A stretch of 64,000 nt of DNA from an uncultured Actinomycetota bacterium (GTDB lineage Bacteria; Actinomycetota; Actinomycetes; Streptosporangiales; Streptosporangiaceae): positions 51,959 through 115,958 of the forward strand of contig CAVZKE010000029.1 in assembly GCA_963775745.1 (NCBI GenBank), in the 5' to 3' direction. This document shows, in pieces, positions 9,801 to 19,707 of this stretch. The notes beneath the pieces are model-generated. The model was not told the origin of the DNA. It worked only from the letters and a program-made list of their open reading frames with translations, and did not search any database. Each line of letters begins with the position of its first letter. Within the stretch, counting starts at the first letter, position 1. Both the position numbers and the translations under genes were made by a program.

Positions 9801-10772
9801 TCACGTGTCCCCCCGGGACCGCACGATCAGGTCAGCAAGAAGGGCGAGCGAAGCGATGAGCAGCCCGGTCACGAAGATCAGGACGGTGTTGACCGCAAAG
9901 CTCAGCGGGTGCACGACCACGTCGTAGATGCCCTTAGCGATGCCCAGGCCGAGCAGGAACAGCGCTACGGGCATGAGCACCTTGAGCGGGTTGAAGTACA
10001 TCACCATCCGTAGCACCTGCAGGACGTAGCGGTAGGCGTCCGTCACGAAACGGAACTTCGACGTGCCCGCCCGCTTCGCGTATGCGATCGGCACGTAGCG
10101 CACGTCGTGCTGGTTGGACAGGAAGGCGAGCGTGATCGTGGTGACGCAGGAGAACCCCGGCGGCAGAAGCCGCAGGTACGGCAGCGCGACCTGGCGCCGG
10201 AAGGCCCTGAGGCCGGAGTTCAGGTCCGGGATGTGGGTGTTGGTCAGCTGCTCGGCGAGCTTGCGGATGAACCACTTGGCCGGCACCCGCAGTATCTTGT
10301 GAGTGCCCTGCTCGCTGGTCCTGGCCCCGACGATCTGGTCCAGCGTTGGGTCCTTCTCGAGCATCTGGACGAATTCGGGAATGCGCTCGTTCGGGTAGGT
10401 CATGTCGGCGTCGGTCCACACGACGATCTCGCCCCGGGCCTTCTGGGTACCGATACGACGGACGGTACCGGAGCCGCCGTTACGGTGGAAATGCTCGATC
10501 CGCAGGTGCGGAAAAGCGGGCGCGGCCTCATAAAGGCGGGCGAGAGTCTCATCGGTCGAGGCGTCATCGAAGGCAAGGAGTTCGTATTCGTAGCCGCTCG
10601 TATCCATGGCCTCGCAGATCCGGGCCACCTCGGCCGTGACATGGTCCTGCTCGTTGTGGCAGGGAAGGATGATCGAGACATAAGGACTCTGTACGGACGG
10701 AACGCTCACAGGGGCTGAGACTAGTACGTCTTCTGATGTAACGGTGTTGGTACCGTCGGCAAGCGCGGTCAT
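9801..10772 (-). CDS. GT2-family polyprenyl-phosphate sugar synthase (dolichyl/undecaprenyl-phosphate glycosyltransferase-like, GtrB/Ppm1 type)
   Basis: 323 aa. VSIILPCHNEQ...AFDDASTDET...VWTDADMTYP is a GT-A DxD-type core, followed by two C-terminal TM helices. Confidence 0.9.
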   Translation of the reverse strand: MTALADGTNTVTSEDVLVSAPVSVPSVQSPYVSIILPCHNEQDHVTAEVARICEAMDTSGYEYELLAFDDASTDETLARLYEAAPAFPHLRIEHFHRNGGSGTVRRIGTQKARGEIVVWTDADMTYPNERIPEFVQMLEKDPTLDQIVGARTSEQGTHKILRVPAKWFIRKLAEQLTNTHIPDLNSGLRAFRRQVALPYLRLLPPGFSCVTTITLAFLSNQHDVRYVPIAYAKRAGTSKFRFVTDAYRYVLQVLRMVMYFNPLKVLMPVALFLLGLGIAKGIYDVVVHPLSFAVNTVLIFVTGLLIASLALLADLIVRSRGDT

Positions 10773-12910
10773 CGCGATGGCTCCGACATCCAGACGTTCA
10801 ACCTGAGCGGCAACGTGTCCAGCGGCGGAGTCGTCAAGGCGCTCTCGTCCCGGGTAGTGCGCAGTTTCATGATCTCCCTCACTGGGCCGCCGTAGTACGC
10901 GAGCTGTGACTGGGTGGCCGCAATGATCACCGGTCGCCGTCTGGCCCGCACTATGCCTTGCACGATCTCGTCCACTCGGTCGCGCCGCGGGTTTCTGAGG
11001 TATGCCGCCGGGTCACCGCACATCCCGCGGATGACCTGGGTGAACCTCTTGGCAATGCGGTAATTGACGATTACGACCGATGAGCCCCTGGGGATCGCCG
11101 CGCACATGTCGTCGACCGCCCCGATCTCGCCCCGATAGGTGGTCTTGACGGCCAGGCCATCCGCGGCCAGCCTGATCCCGAGCGGTCCGCCGTGCTTGAT
11201 TCCCAGACCGAACGTGGTTGCCGCAGTGGGCAACACCAAAGCCGCTGTGCAGCACGCCGCCAGGGCACCGCAGGTCAGTTGGCTAAAGCCACGCTGACGC
11301 AGTCGGCCGATGAGCCAGCCCGATGCCCAGACCGCAAGCAGGATCAGGCCGGGCAGCACGGCCGGAACGAGCCTGCGGCTTGCCCAGGGATGATCGGGAA
11401 TGATCGCGGGCCGGTACAAGAACGTGACAGTGCACCATGCGAACGTCATGAGGGGCAGCGTCCAGGTCGGCGCGCGGCCCCACAGGCACCTGCGCAGGAG
11501 CAACCCGGCCGCCAGCGTGCCGAGCGCCACGGCGGGAATCCCGATATACCAGAACACCCAGTGGAGGCTGTTCTCGTAGTACAGACGCGTCGGGTCGATC
11601 GGCAGGTGATCGGCCCGCTGGTAAGCGGCGACGGCGGCCTCGTTCTGAGCCGATTTGCCCCGCACCGTCTGCAGGTATGGGCGGATGGCGAAACCGATCG
11701 TTACCAGGAAGGCCAGCAGCGCGACGGCGTTGGGCAGCCACTTTCCGCGCACCTTCGGCACGCGGCGCCACAGCACTGCCACCGCCGCCGCTGTCACAAG
11801 AATCACCAACCCGCCCACCAGCCCCAGCGGAATCAGCGAACTGCTGATTTGGCTCAGGTACGGCCTGGACAGCACGATTCCGTCGACACCGCCGTAGGCC
11901 GCGCCGACAACCAGGCCGCCCAGCAGCGGAACTGCCTGCCGACGGCGGGACAGGAGCAGCACGCCGCAGTACGGGATCGCCGGCAGGATGTCGCTGACTC
12001 CATCGATGCGCACCAACACGGTCAGGCCGAGGGCGAGACCGCCAAGCGCCGCGGTGACCCTGGAGCCGATCCCGTCCGCGTCGAACGAGTCGATAACAAG
12101 GCAGAGCCCGCCAAGGAAGAGGATCTCCGCCAGCGGCTCGCTGAAGGCCGATCGGCTGGTGTACTGCTCCGGCAGTGAAAGCGCCAGGACGAGGGCCGCC
12201 AGCGGTGCCCACCGCGGCCCGACGAGCCGGGCCGCCAGGCCGCCAAAGGTGAGCACCGCGCATGCGCCCAGCGCCGCGGGCATCGCCACCGCCGCTCCCG
12301 GGCCGCCGATCCAGAATGCGGGCGCCAGGATCATCGGCAGCCCGGCCATGAACTGCGGCACTATCGCCGTGCCACGCTGGAAGAAAGCGGGGCTGCCGAA
12401 GGTGAGCAAGTTGTGGGCTCCGCCGAACGCCGCGCGATACTCCGGGATCGGCAACGAGCCGTGGTGGGCGATCCAGTAGCCGAACTGGACATAGGACGCC
12501 GGATCACGCGTGACGATGATGAACTGCGAGTGATAGATCAGCTGATCGACGCCGAACCCGACCGCTACCGCAACGACACCAGCGAGCGCCCACCATGGCG
12601 TGCGTGCCTGCTCCGGCTTGCGCACCGGCAGGGCGCCCTGCCACCGATCGGGGATCCAGCGCAGGCCAGACACCACGAGCAAAATGGTCAGCGGTACCCA
12701 AATCACCAGCATGAGCGTCGGCGTGAACCGGCCCGCAAGCAGCAGTGGCAGCCCGGCCAGCAACCAGGCCGTCGCCACCAACGCCGGCAGCACGGATAGC
12801 CGCCCCATCAGCCGACCGGGCCTATCGCCCGGATCGGCCGTCCGGCCGACGCCGTCGGGGACGCCAGCCGCCACGGGCTCCGTTCTCGCGGCCCGGGCGC
12901 CCGTGCTCAT
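10769..12910 (-). CDS. large polytopic membrane protein, probable GT-C-fold glycosyltransferase
   Basis: ORF 10769..12982; I prefer the start MSTGARA (ATG 12910-12908). It has more than 12 hydrophobic spans and a C-terminal soluble domain. ATGA overlap with the GT2 gene at 10769-10772. Confidence 0.72.
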   Translation of the reverse strand: MSTGARAARTEPVAAGVPDGVGRTADPGDRPGRLMGRLSVLPALVATAWLLAGLPLLLAGRFTPTLMLVIWVPLTILLVVSGLRWIPDRWQGALPVRKPEQARTPWWALAGVVAVAVGFGVDQLIYHSQFIIVTRDPASYVQFGYWIAHHGSLPIPEYRAAFGGAHNLLTFGSPAFFQRGTAIVPQFMAGLPMILAPAFWIGGPGAAVAMPAALGACAVLTFGGLAARLVGPRWAPLAALVLALSLPEQYTSRSAFSEPLAEILFLGGLCLVIDSFDADGIGSRVTAALGGLALGLTVLVRIDGVSDILPAIPYCGVLLLSRRRQAVPLLGGLVVGAAYGGVDGIVLSRPYLSQISSSLIPLGLVGGLVILVTAAAVAVLWRRVPKVRGKWLPNAVALLAFLVTIGFAIRPYLQTVRGKSAQNEAAVAAYQRADHLPIDPTRLYYENSLHWVFWYIGIPAVALGTLAAGLLLRRCLWGRAPTWTLPLMTFAWCTVTFLYRPAIIPDHPWASRRLVPAVLPGLILLAVWASGWLIGRLRQRGFSQLTCGALAACCTAALVLPTAATTFGLGIKHGGPLGIRLAADGLAVKTTYRGEIGAVDDMCAAIPRGSSVVIVNYRIAKRFTQVIRGMCGDPAAYLRNPRRDRVDEIVQGIVRARRRPVIIAATQSQLAYYGGPVREIMKLRTTRDESALTTPPLDTLPLRLNVWMSEPSR

Positions 12911-13272
12911 CTCGTAGCCGCCGTCGAGCTCCCGGTGCTCACCCGCGGAGAACTCCAGGTGCGCGTCCGGGAGCCTGCGCACTCTACCGCTAACACCGTC
13001 AGCACCGGAGCGAAGGCGACCTCATGGAAATCGAACGCCGCCGCGCCGATCGGCCAGCTCAGTCCATACACCACGAAGACCAGGTAGGCACCCGCCGTCG
13101 CCTTGCCACCACCGAAGGCCCTGCGGATGAACATCCATCGCGGCGTGACCGCCAGCGCGGCCAGAACCGCCTGCACCACCAGAAGAGGCGCAGTCCGGTG
13201 CCTGCCCGCTTGCCCGTCGGCGCCCGGCACGGCAGCGGGCAGGGCGGTGTCTGTCGTCACGCGGATACCCAT
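12907..13272 (-). CDS. short membrane protein, possibly the N-terminal fragment of a larger polytopic protein
   Basis: 121-aa ORF with two or three hydrophobic spans (LLVVQAVLAALAV, AYLVFVVYGLSWPIGAAAF). Its tail overlaps the next gene's upstream region. No family recognised. Confidence 0.35.
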   Translation of the reverse strand: MGIRVTTDTALPAAVPGADGQAGRHRTAPLLVVQAVLAALAVTPRWMFIRRAFGGGKATAGAYLVFVVYGLSWPIGAAAFDFHEVAFAPVLTVLAVECAGSRTRTWSSPRVSTGSSTAATR

Positions 13273-13277
13273 CGTTG

Positions 13278-13352
13278 CGGAGGCTATTGCGACGAAGCAG
13301 AGACTATCGCGCCGAAGCAGAGACTATCGCGCCGAAGCAGAGACTATTGCGC
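13278..13352. repeat. 20-bp tandem repeat, about 3.5 copies (cgaagcagagactatcgcgc), immediately upstream of the glycan operon
   Basis: Full units at 13293, 13313 and 13333, with a partial unit at 13278-13292. The sequence is intergenic. Confidence 0.9.
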
Positions 13353-13482
13353 CAAACCCTCCCCGTCCGACTGTTCCGAACCTCGGAACTTGCAGTGCCG
13401 TTCGGTGCCCGGACGAAGCCAAGCCAGCCCAAGATGAAGCCGACGGCGAGTACGCCGTGGGCCTGCGCCGCTATCCGATGGC

Positions 13483-14838
13483 CTAGCCCGGCGAAATTCC
13501 GGCGCGCCGACCCTGCGGCGCGGAAAGGCCGAGCGCCCGGTAGGTCCAGCCGGCCGCACGCCACTGGGCTGGATCGAGCGCGTGGCGCCCGTCCACGATG
13601 ACTCGCTGCGCAACGGCCTTCCCGATGAGTTCCGGGTCGGCCTCCCGGAACTCGGACCATTCGGTCAGCAGGAGCAGTATGTCCGCGTCCGCCGCCGCAC
13701 CGAGCACGGAGCCTGCGTATCTCAGTTCCGGATGCACCTGCCAAGCCTTGGCCATGGCTACCGGGTCATAGGCGGTGACTTGGGCACCGAGTTCGTGCAG
13801 GGTCGTAGCCACGTCGAGCGCGGGCGAGTCCCTGATGTCGTCGGAATCTGGCTTGAACGCGAGGCCGAGCACGCCGACAGTGCGGTCTTGGAGCGACCCC
13901 CCGGCTAGCTCCCGCACTAGTTCAACCATGCGGGAGCGGCGCCGCATGTTGATTGCGTCCATCTGGCTGAGGAAAGAGACCGCCTCGCCGACGCCAAGCT
14001 CGGTCGCCCAGGACATGAAGGCCCGGATGTCCTTGGGCAGGCAGCCGCCGCCGAACCCGAGGCCGGGCTGCAGGCCCGCACCGCCAATTCGGTGATCGTA
14101 GGCGAGCGCCTCCGCCAGCTTGGTGACGTCCCCATCCGCTGCTTCGCAGACCTCGGCCATGGCGTTGACGAAGGAGATCTTGGTAGCGAGAAAGGCGTTC
14201 GCGGCGACCTTGACCAGTTCTGCAGTGGCCAAGTCCGTGACGACCAAAGGAACGCCTGCCGCCAGCGGCTCCGCGTACACCTCGCGCAAGATCGCCTCGG
14301 CGGTCGCGGAGCGCACTCCCGCCACGATCCGCTCTGGCCGCAACGTGTCGGTCACCGCATGTCCCTCGCGCAGGAACTCCGGGTTCCAGGCAAGCTCCGC
14401 TGCTGCTCCCACGGGCGCAAGCCGCGCCACGCGTTCGGCAAGGTTCCCGGCGGTGCCTACGGGCGTGGTGGACTTCCCGACGATCAGGCATGGCCGCTCT
14501 AGTAAGGGCGCCAGCGCGTCAACGCAGCCGAACAATTGCGACAGATCGGCTCCGCCTGAGTCCGTGCGCTGTGGCGTGCCCACACAGCAGAAGTGCACGT
14601 CCCCGAATTCCGCGGCCTCCTGAAACAACGTTGTGAAACGGAGCCGCCCTGAGCGCAGGCCACGCTCGAGCAACGGCTCAAGATCAGGTTCGTGGAAGGG
14701 TAGCTTGCCCGCCGCGAGCGCGCTGACCCGCGTCGCGTCGATATCCAGGCCCAGTACGTCAAAGCCGAGTTCGGCCATGCATGCGGCCTGTGCGGCGCCG
14801 AGATAGCCGGCCCCCAGCACGGTGACGCGACGGGCCAT
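13483..14838 (-). CDS. ugd: UDP-glucose 6-dehydrogenase
   Basis: MARRVTVLGAGYLG (Rossmann fold)...NPEFLREG...GFGGGCLPKDI (catalytic Cys)...LGLAFKPDSDDIRDSP. The start is taken at ATG 14838-14836. Confidence 0.92.
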   Translation of the reverse strand: MARRVTVLGAGYLGAAQAACMAELGFDVLGLDIDATRVSALAAGKLPFHEPDLEPLLERGLRSGRLRFTTLFQEAAEFGDVHFCCVGTPQRTDSGGADLSQLFGCVDALAPLLERPCLIVGKSTTPVGTAGNLAERVARLAPVGAAAELAWNPEFLREGHAVTDTLRPERIVAGVRSATAEAILREVYAEPLAAGVPLVVTDLATAELVKVAANAFLATKISFVNAMAEVCEAADGDVTKLAEALAYDHRIGGAGLQPGLGFGGGCLPKDIRAFMSWATELGVGEAVSFLSQMDAINMRRRSRMVELVRELAGGSLQDRTVGVLGLAFKPDSDDIRDSPALDVATTLHELGAQVTAYDPVAMAKAWQVHPELRYAGSVLGAAADADILLLLTEWSEFREADPELIGKAVAQRVIVDGRHALDPAQWRAAGWTYRALGLSAPQGRRAGISPG

Positions 14839-15869
14839 TGCGCTTCCCTCCATCGTGGGCGCTCCGCGGTAGGTCGCCCCGTCTTGTCCAGGGGCCGATT
14901 CATGTTAATGGACGGGGCAGGGTCTCGGTATGCCTGTCGTGAGAGTTGCAGCGCAACGCCATCCGTCGCCCGACCGCCGGATGGCCATCCCCTGCCTGCT
15001 GGCGGCGGCCCTGCGCACGGTGCTTGGCAGGGACGCCAGCCATTAAACGGTCACCGGCCACACCAATCCCGCCAGCTGTGCCACCTGCACGACGCCCTTG
15101 GCTGTGCCACCCGTCAGTCCCTGTGTCCGAGGGGCCGCCCCTACGGCGAGCCCGTCTGATGACGCCGCTGGCTGGCTGTGGTCGGTGATGACGGTTTGTC
15201 GTGACGCCTGCGTTCAGTCTGAAAGGTATCTGGCGCCACCAGTCGTCCCTGAACTGGTGCAGGTCGCGAACTGAGGACGGGCGTCAGGCGGCGATGTAGG
15301 CGATCGTGTCGTTGTCTGCCGCTTGCATGAGCGCTCCCGCAGCATCCTGTCCGGTGCCGCCCACAGTGAGTTACTGTGGGCGGCCTGGCAGCCGCGGATC
15401 TTGAGGCGGTGCGTCGCATGGAACCAGCCGCGGCCCGGCGCGCCGCCCTGGACGTGATCGCCGCCGACCTCGCCGCCGCGGCCGGGCCTGCCCTGCCCGG
15501 CACCCTCGCCGTGCGCCTACGCCTGCGGCAAGCGCCGCTGCCGCTGCCATCGCCACGTCCCAGACGCCGTCGACGACGAGCAGGCATTCCCGCCCCTGCA
15601 GAAGCCCCCGGAGCGCCCATACCGACGATCGCAACCGGCTTGCGGCGTAGACATGTCGCCGCGGAGCGTCCCCGCGTAGTAGGCAAGGCCAAAGAGGGGC
15701 ATCGACTCGGGGATTCGCGGAGGCTACGCCGCGACCTCGAGGCCCGTCAGCTACAGAGAAGACACCCCAGTCCGTCCGTCTGATCGCGATGGCCGCCGAT
15801 AGTTACCGAATTACACGGATGCCTCAGACAGGTCACGACATCCAGGCCGAAGTAGATCGTGCGTCTGCG

Positions 15870-16789
15870 GGCGGTGTAGACAGGGCGCAGGTCCCTGGCC
15901 AGTGGCACCCAGTACTTGCGGCATACCGCAGCGATGCGCGGATCAGGTGCACCACGCACAACTGCACGGTCGCCTGCGGCCAGACCACGCCGATCGCATC
16001 GGGCAGGCCGGTCAGCCCGTCGCAGCACACGATGCACACATCCGCCACGCCCCGGTTCCTGACCTCTGACAGCACCGGCGTCCAGAACTTCGCCGATTCC
16101 CCCGGTCGTGGAGCCGGCCCAACAGGCCCAGCACCTGCTTCTCGCCGTCACAGTCGATGCCGATCGCCAGCTAGACGGCCCGGTTGGTGATCACCCCGTC
16201 CCTGATCTTCACCATCAGCGCGTCGATGAAGACCACCGGGTAGACGCCGCGGTCCAGCGGCCGGGACTGCCAGTCGGCCAGCTCCTCCAGCCCCCGTCAG
16301 TGACCCGGCTGATCAGGTCCGGGCAGACGTCGACGTCATACATCTCGCGCAAGTGGGCGCGGATATCACGGGTGCTCATCCCGCGCGCATACAGCGCGAT
16401 GATCCGGTCGTTGAACCCCTCCAGCCGGAGCTGGCCCTTGCGGACGATCTTCGGCTCGAAGCTGCCGTTGCGGTCCCGCGGCACGCCAGGTCCACCGCGC
16501 CGATGTCGGTCAGCACGGTCTTGGGCGTGCTGCCGTTGCGGCTGTTCCCGCTGCCCCGGCCGGCCGGGTCGTGCTTGTCATAACCCAGGTGGCCTGTCAT
16601 CTCCTCGGCCAGCGCCCGTTCCAGCACGGCCCTGGTCACCTGGGACAGCAGGCCATCGGGGCCCAGCAGCTCCACCCCGCCGGCTTCGGCCCGGGCCAGC
16701 AGCTGCTCAGTCAGCTCCGGGCCGGCCACCGGCGGCGAGGCCGCCGGTGAATCGCCTCGAGTACTGGGCACCGTTGCAGTGTCTTTCAT
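15870..16789 (-). pseudogene. IS256-family (mutator-type) transposase remnant, frameshifted and truncated at the 3' end
   Basis: Pieces lie in three frames: MKDTATV...[34 protein letters not shown]; [52 protein letters not shown]; [38 protein letters not shown]...[16 protein letters not shown]. Homology then ends. Confidence 0.85.
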
Positions 16790-17030
16790 CGCGTGTCCTT
16801 CCGCGAGCCGCCTTTCCTGCGGCTCATCGTCAGGCCACGTCACTTGCACAGCCGGTAAGACACGTCCCGCCGTGGCAGCCAACGGCACGCCTTGATGACG
16901 CCCACACACCGGGGCCGACCTATGGGATTCCAGAACTCAACCACCGGTCTTCACCTGGGCTTCTACGCGGCCTGCTCGTCGGCACGCATAAGGTCATGGG
17001 TGCACGCCGACTGTGGAACCCGCCAGGTGG

Positions 17031-19702
17031 TCACCGCACGGCGGTGATCATCAGATGCCAGCCGATGACCTGGCCGAGCCGATGCCGGACGCCGAGGGGA
17101 AGTTTGGTGGTGAGCGGCCCGAAACCATAAGTGAAGGGGTAGTCCGAATGGACGCCGACATTCGCGAAATCGCGGAAGAGCTCACGAGCACCGCGCCGGC
17201 TGAAGGTGTAGACAACCGGGCAGTGGTCCTTCCGGTCGCTCGGGGACTCGTAGGGCAGCCGCAGCGCCCAGTGCACGAGATTGACCAGGGAGTCTCGGTG
17301 GTACAGCATTACGTACGCGGTCCCGCCGGGCCGCAAGACCCGGTGCACTTCGGCCACGGACCGTTTGATATCCGGGGTGTGGTGGAGCACGCCGAACGAG
17401 TAGACGGCGTCGAAGCTCTCGTCAGGAAAGTCGAGTCCCTCGGCGTTGCCCAGCTGGAAGTCGATCGTGACCCCGCGGTGCGCCGCGAACTGCTTGGCCA
17501 CCGCGAGCGCGTTCTCCGTCAGATCGACCGCTGTCACCTGGAAGCCCCGCTTCGCCAACTGGATGCTGTCGACACCAATGCCGCAGCCAACCTCGAGCAG
17601 GTTCTTATCCGCACCGGCCATCGACTCGAAGAGCTCGGGCAGGTGATAGTGCGTGCCATATCTGCGCTCCTCGATCTCGTCGAAATACGAGTCCGAGGCT
17701 CGCTCGGCGGCGGTGTAGTACTCATTGTTGATGTGTGACTGCCAGAAGTCACGGACCGTGTCAACGGTGCTACCCCGGTGGGGTTTCATGACCTCATGCT
17801 CCTTCGACGGCGGCGCGACGAGCGGCACGGCCTGGCCCCGAGCGAACGTCTCAAGCCAGGTCTCGACGCCGATCATCTGCCAGAGCAGGAAATAGTGCCA
17901 GCGGAGGCGCTGGTGAGGCTCTGCTGTGAGCACAGCCCGGACGAACTCGGGATTGAAGATACCGGACCGTCGAAGCCGGTCAGGCGAAAGCATCTCTGCG
18001 ACCATGGGCCCTAGGTCTTTCTGGTACTGCTCGACGGGATCAAAGGTGAATCCCCATTTCGGCTTGTGCAACACGCGGTCGGGAAGCACCCCGGCCAGCG
18101 AGTCCTTGAGCAGCCCCTTGGGGCCGCCGGCGAAGCGGACGCCGTCTGGGATGCGGGCGGCGAACCGGACCAGCTCAAGGTCGAGCAGCGGGACACGGGA
18201 CTCCACGGAGTGAGCCATTGACATGGTGTCCTCGTTGTGGAGCAGGTCGCACACCATCTTGGTCGCGAACTCGGCCCGCAGGGCCTGGCTCTCCAGCGGC
18301 CGCTCGTCGTCGAAGTGGGCGCTGTAGTCCTCCCAACCGGGCACCGTCAGCCGGTCAAGGAAGTCGGGGGTGTACACGCGCTCGAGTAGCTTGGGGTTGA
18401 AGTCCCACGCGTTGCGGAGCAACAGATAGTTGCGGGCCCCGTCCCCGGAGGCGGCCAGCCACTCCAGCTTGCGGGCGGCCAGATCGAGTTCCGGCGGCTC
18501 AATCCCGCGGCCCGGCGCGCCGCCCAGTCCAGGGCTGGGGCGAGGACGCGAACCGTGGTGCCGAGCCCTCCGCTCCGGAGTCTCCGGGCGCGGAGCATAT
18601 AGCCGTAGAAGTCGTAGCCGGCGAACAGCTCGTCACCGCCGAGCCCCGACAGCACCACCGACACGTGCTCGCCGATGAACCGGTGCAGCAGATACAGCTG
18701 CAGCGAGTTGACCTTGGGTTCCTCGGTGTGCCAGATGGCATCGGCCAGGTGGGCGAGGGCCGGCTCGCGCAGGACCACCTCCTGGTGCTCGGTCTCGAAG
18801 GTGCGCGCCACGAACCGGGCATCGGCGGTCTCATCGGTGGGCTCGTCGAAGCCGAGGCTGAACGTCTTGATGGGCCCGCTCGTGGTGCGCCGCAGCATGG
18901 CAACAATGGAACTCGAGTCGATGCCACCGGAGAGCGAGACACCGATCGGCACGTCCGAGATGAGCTGGCGCTTGACCGCCTGCTCGTAGTGAAACCGGAT
19001 CCCCTCGATCCAGTCGCCGGAGTTCATGCTTCCGTCCGGCGTCCAGTCGACGACCGCGTACGGGAACAACCGGGACTGCCCTTCGGCGAACTCGAGCACG
19101 TGGCCCGGTGGCAGGCGCTTGATGCCCCGGAAGAACGTTCGATGTCCGGGGACATAGCGAACGTTCATCGACAGATGGAGGCTCGCCTCGTCGAGCTCCG
19201 CCGGGACGAGTCCGCTCGCGAGCACCGCCTTGGCTTCGGAGCCGAAGGCCAGCATGCCATCCCGGATCGAGTACACCAGCGGCTTCACCCCGAGCGGGTC
19301 GCGGACCAGGAAGAGCTTGCGGCGCGATCGGTCGAGCAGGGCGAACGCGAAGATCCCGTTGAGCCTGGCCGCGAACGTGATCCCCTCGTCCTCATAGAGG
19401 TGGGGCAGGATCTCGGTGTCGCAGTGGGTGGTCAGCCGGTGGCCGCGGGCCAGCACCCGCTCCCGGAGTTCTGGGTAGTTGTAGATCTCGCCGTTGTAGA
19501 CCACGACGACCGAGCCGTCCTCGTTGGCCATCGGCTGAGAGCCGCCCGGCACGTCCTGGATGGCCAGCCGGCGGTTGCCGAGGTGGACCGACTCACCGCT
19601 GAAGAAGCCCTCGCCGTCGGGCCCCCGGTGGGCGATCGTGTCGGTCATGGCCCGGAGCAGCTCTTCGTCCCCGAAGCCGCAGGTTCCCGCGATCCCGCAC
19701 AC
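17031..19702 (-). CDS. asparagine synthase (glutamine-hydrolysing, AsnB-like amidotransferase) fused to a class I SAM methyltransferase domain; one frameshift near 18.49 kb
   Basis: ORF 18347..19702 is MCGIAG...SLSGGIDSS...SGLGGDELFAGY. The AsnB C-terminal part continues in ORF 17031..18422 (...LDLAARKLEWLAAS.../LLRNAWDFNPKLL...SVESRVPLLD...). It runs without a stop into LEVGCGIGVDSIQLAKRGFQVTAVDL...LRPGG. Confidence 0.8.
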
Positions 19703-19707
19703 CGGAG

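Noticed and set aside
9789-9826. An imperfect hairpin (cccgggaca tgtcacg tgtcc..cggg) at the stop codon of the GT2 gene, considered as a terminator.
   Set aside because: It overlaps the coding end, has a bulged stem and no U-tract, and the downstream gene may belong to the same transcriptional unit.
13278-13352. I checked whether the tandem repeats here and at 36763-36934, 2458-2556 and 37371-37490 could be CRISPR arrays.
   Set aside because: The units are head-to-tail with no unique spacers, several are in-frame coding repeats, and no cas genes are present.
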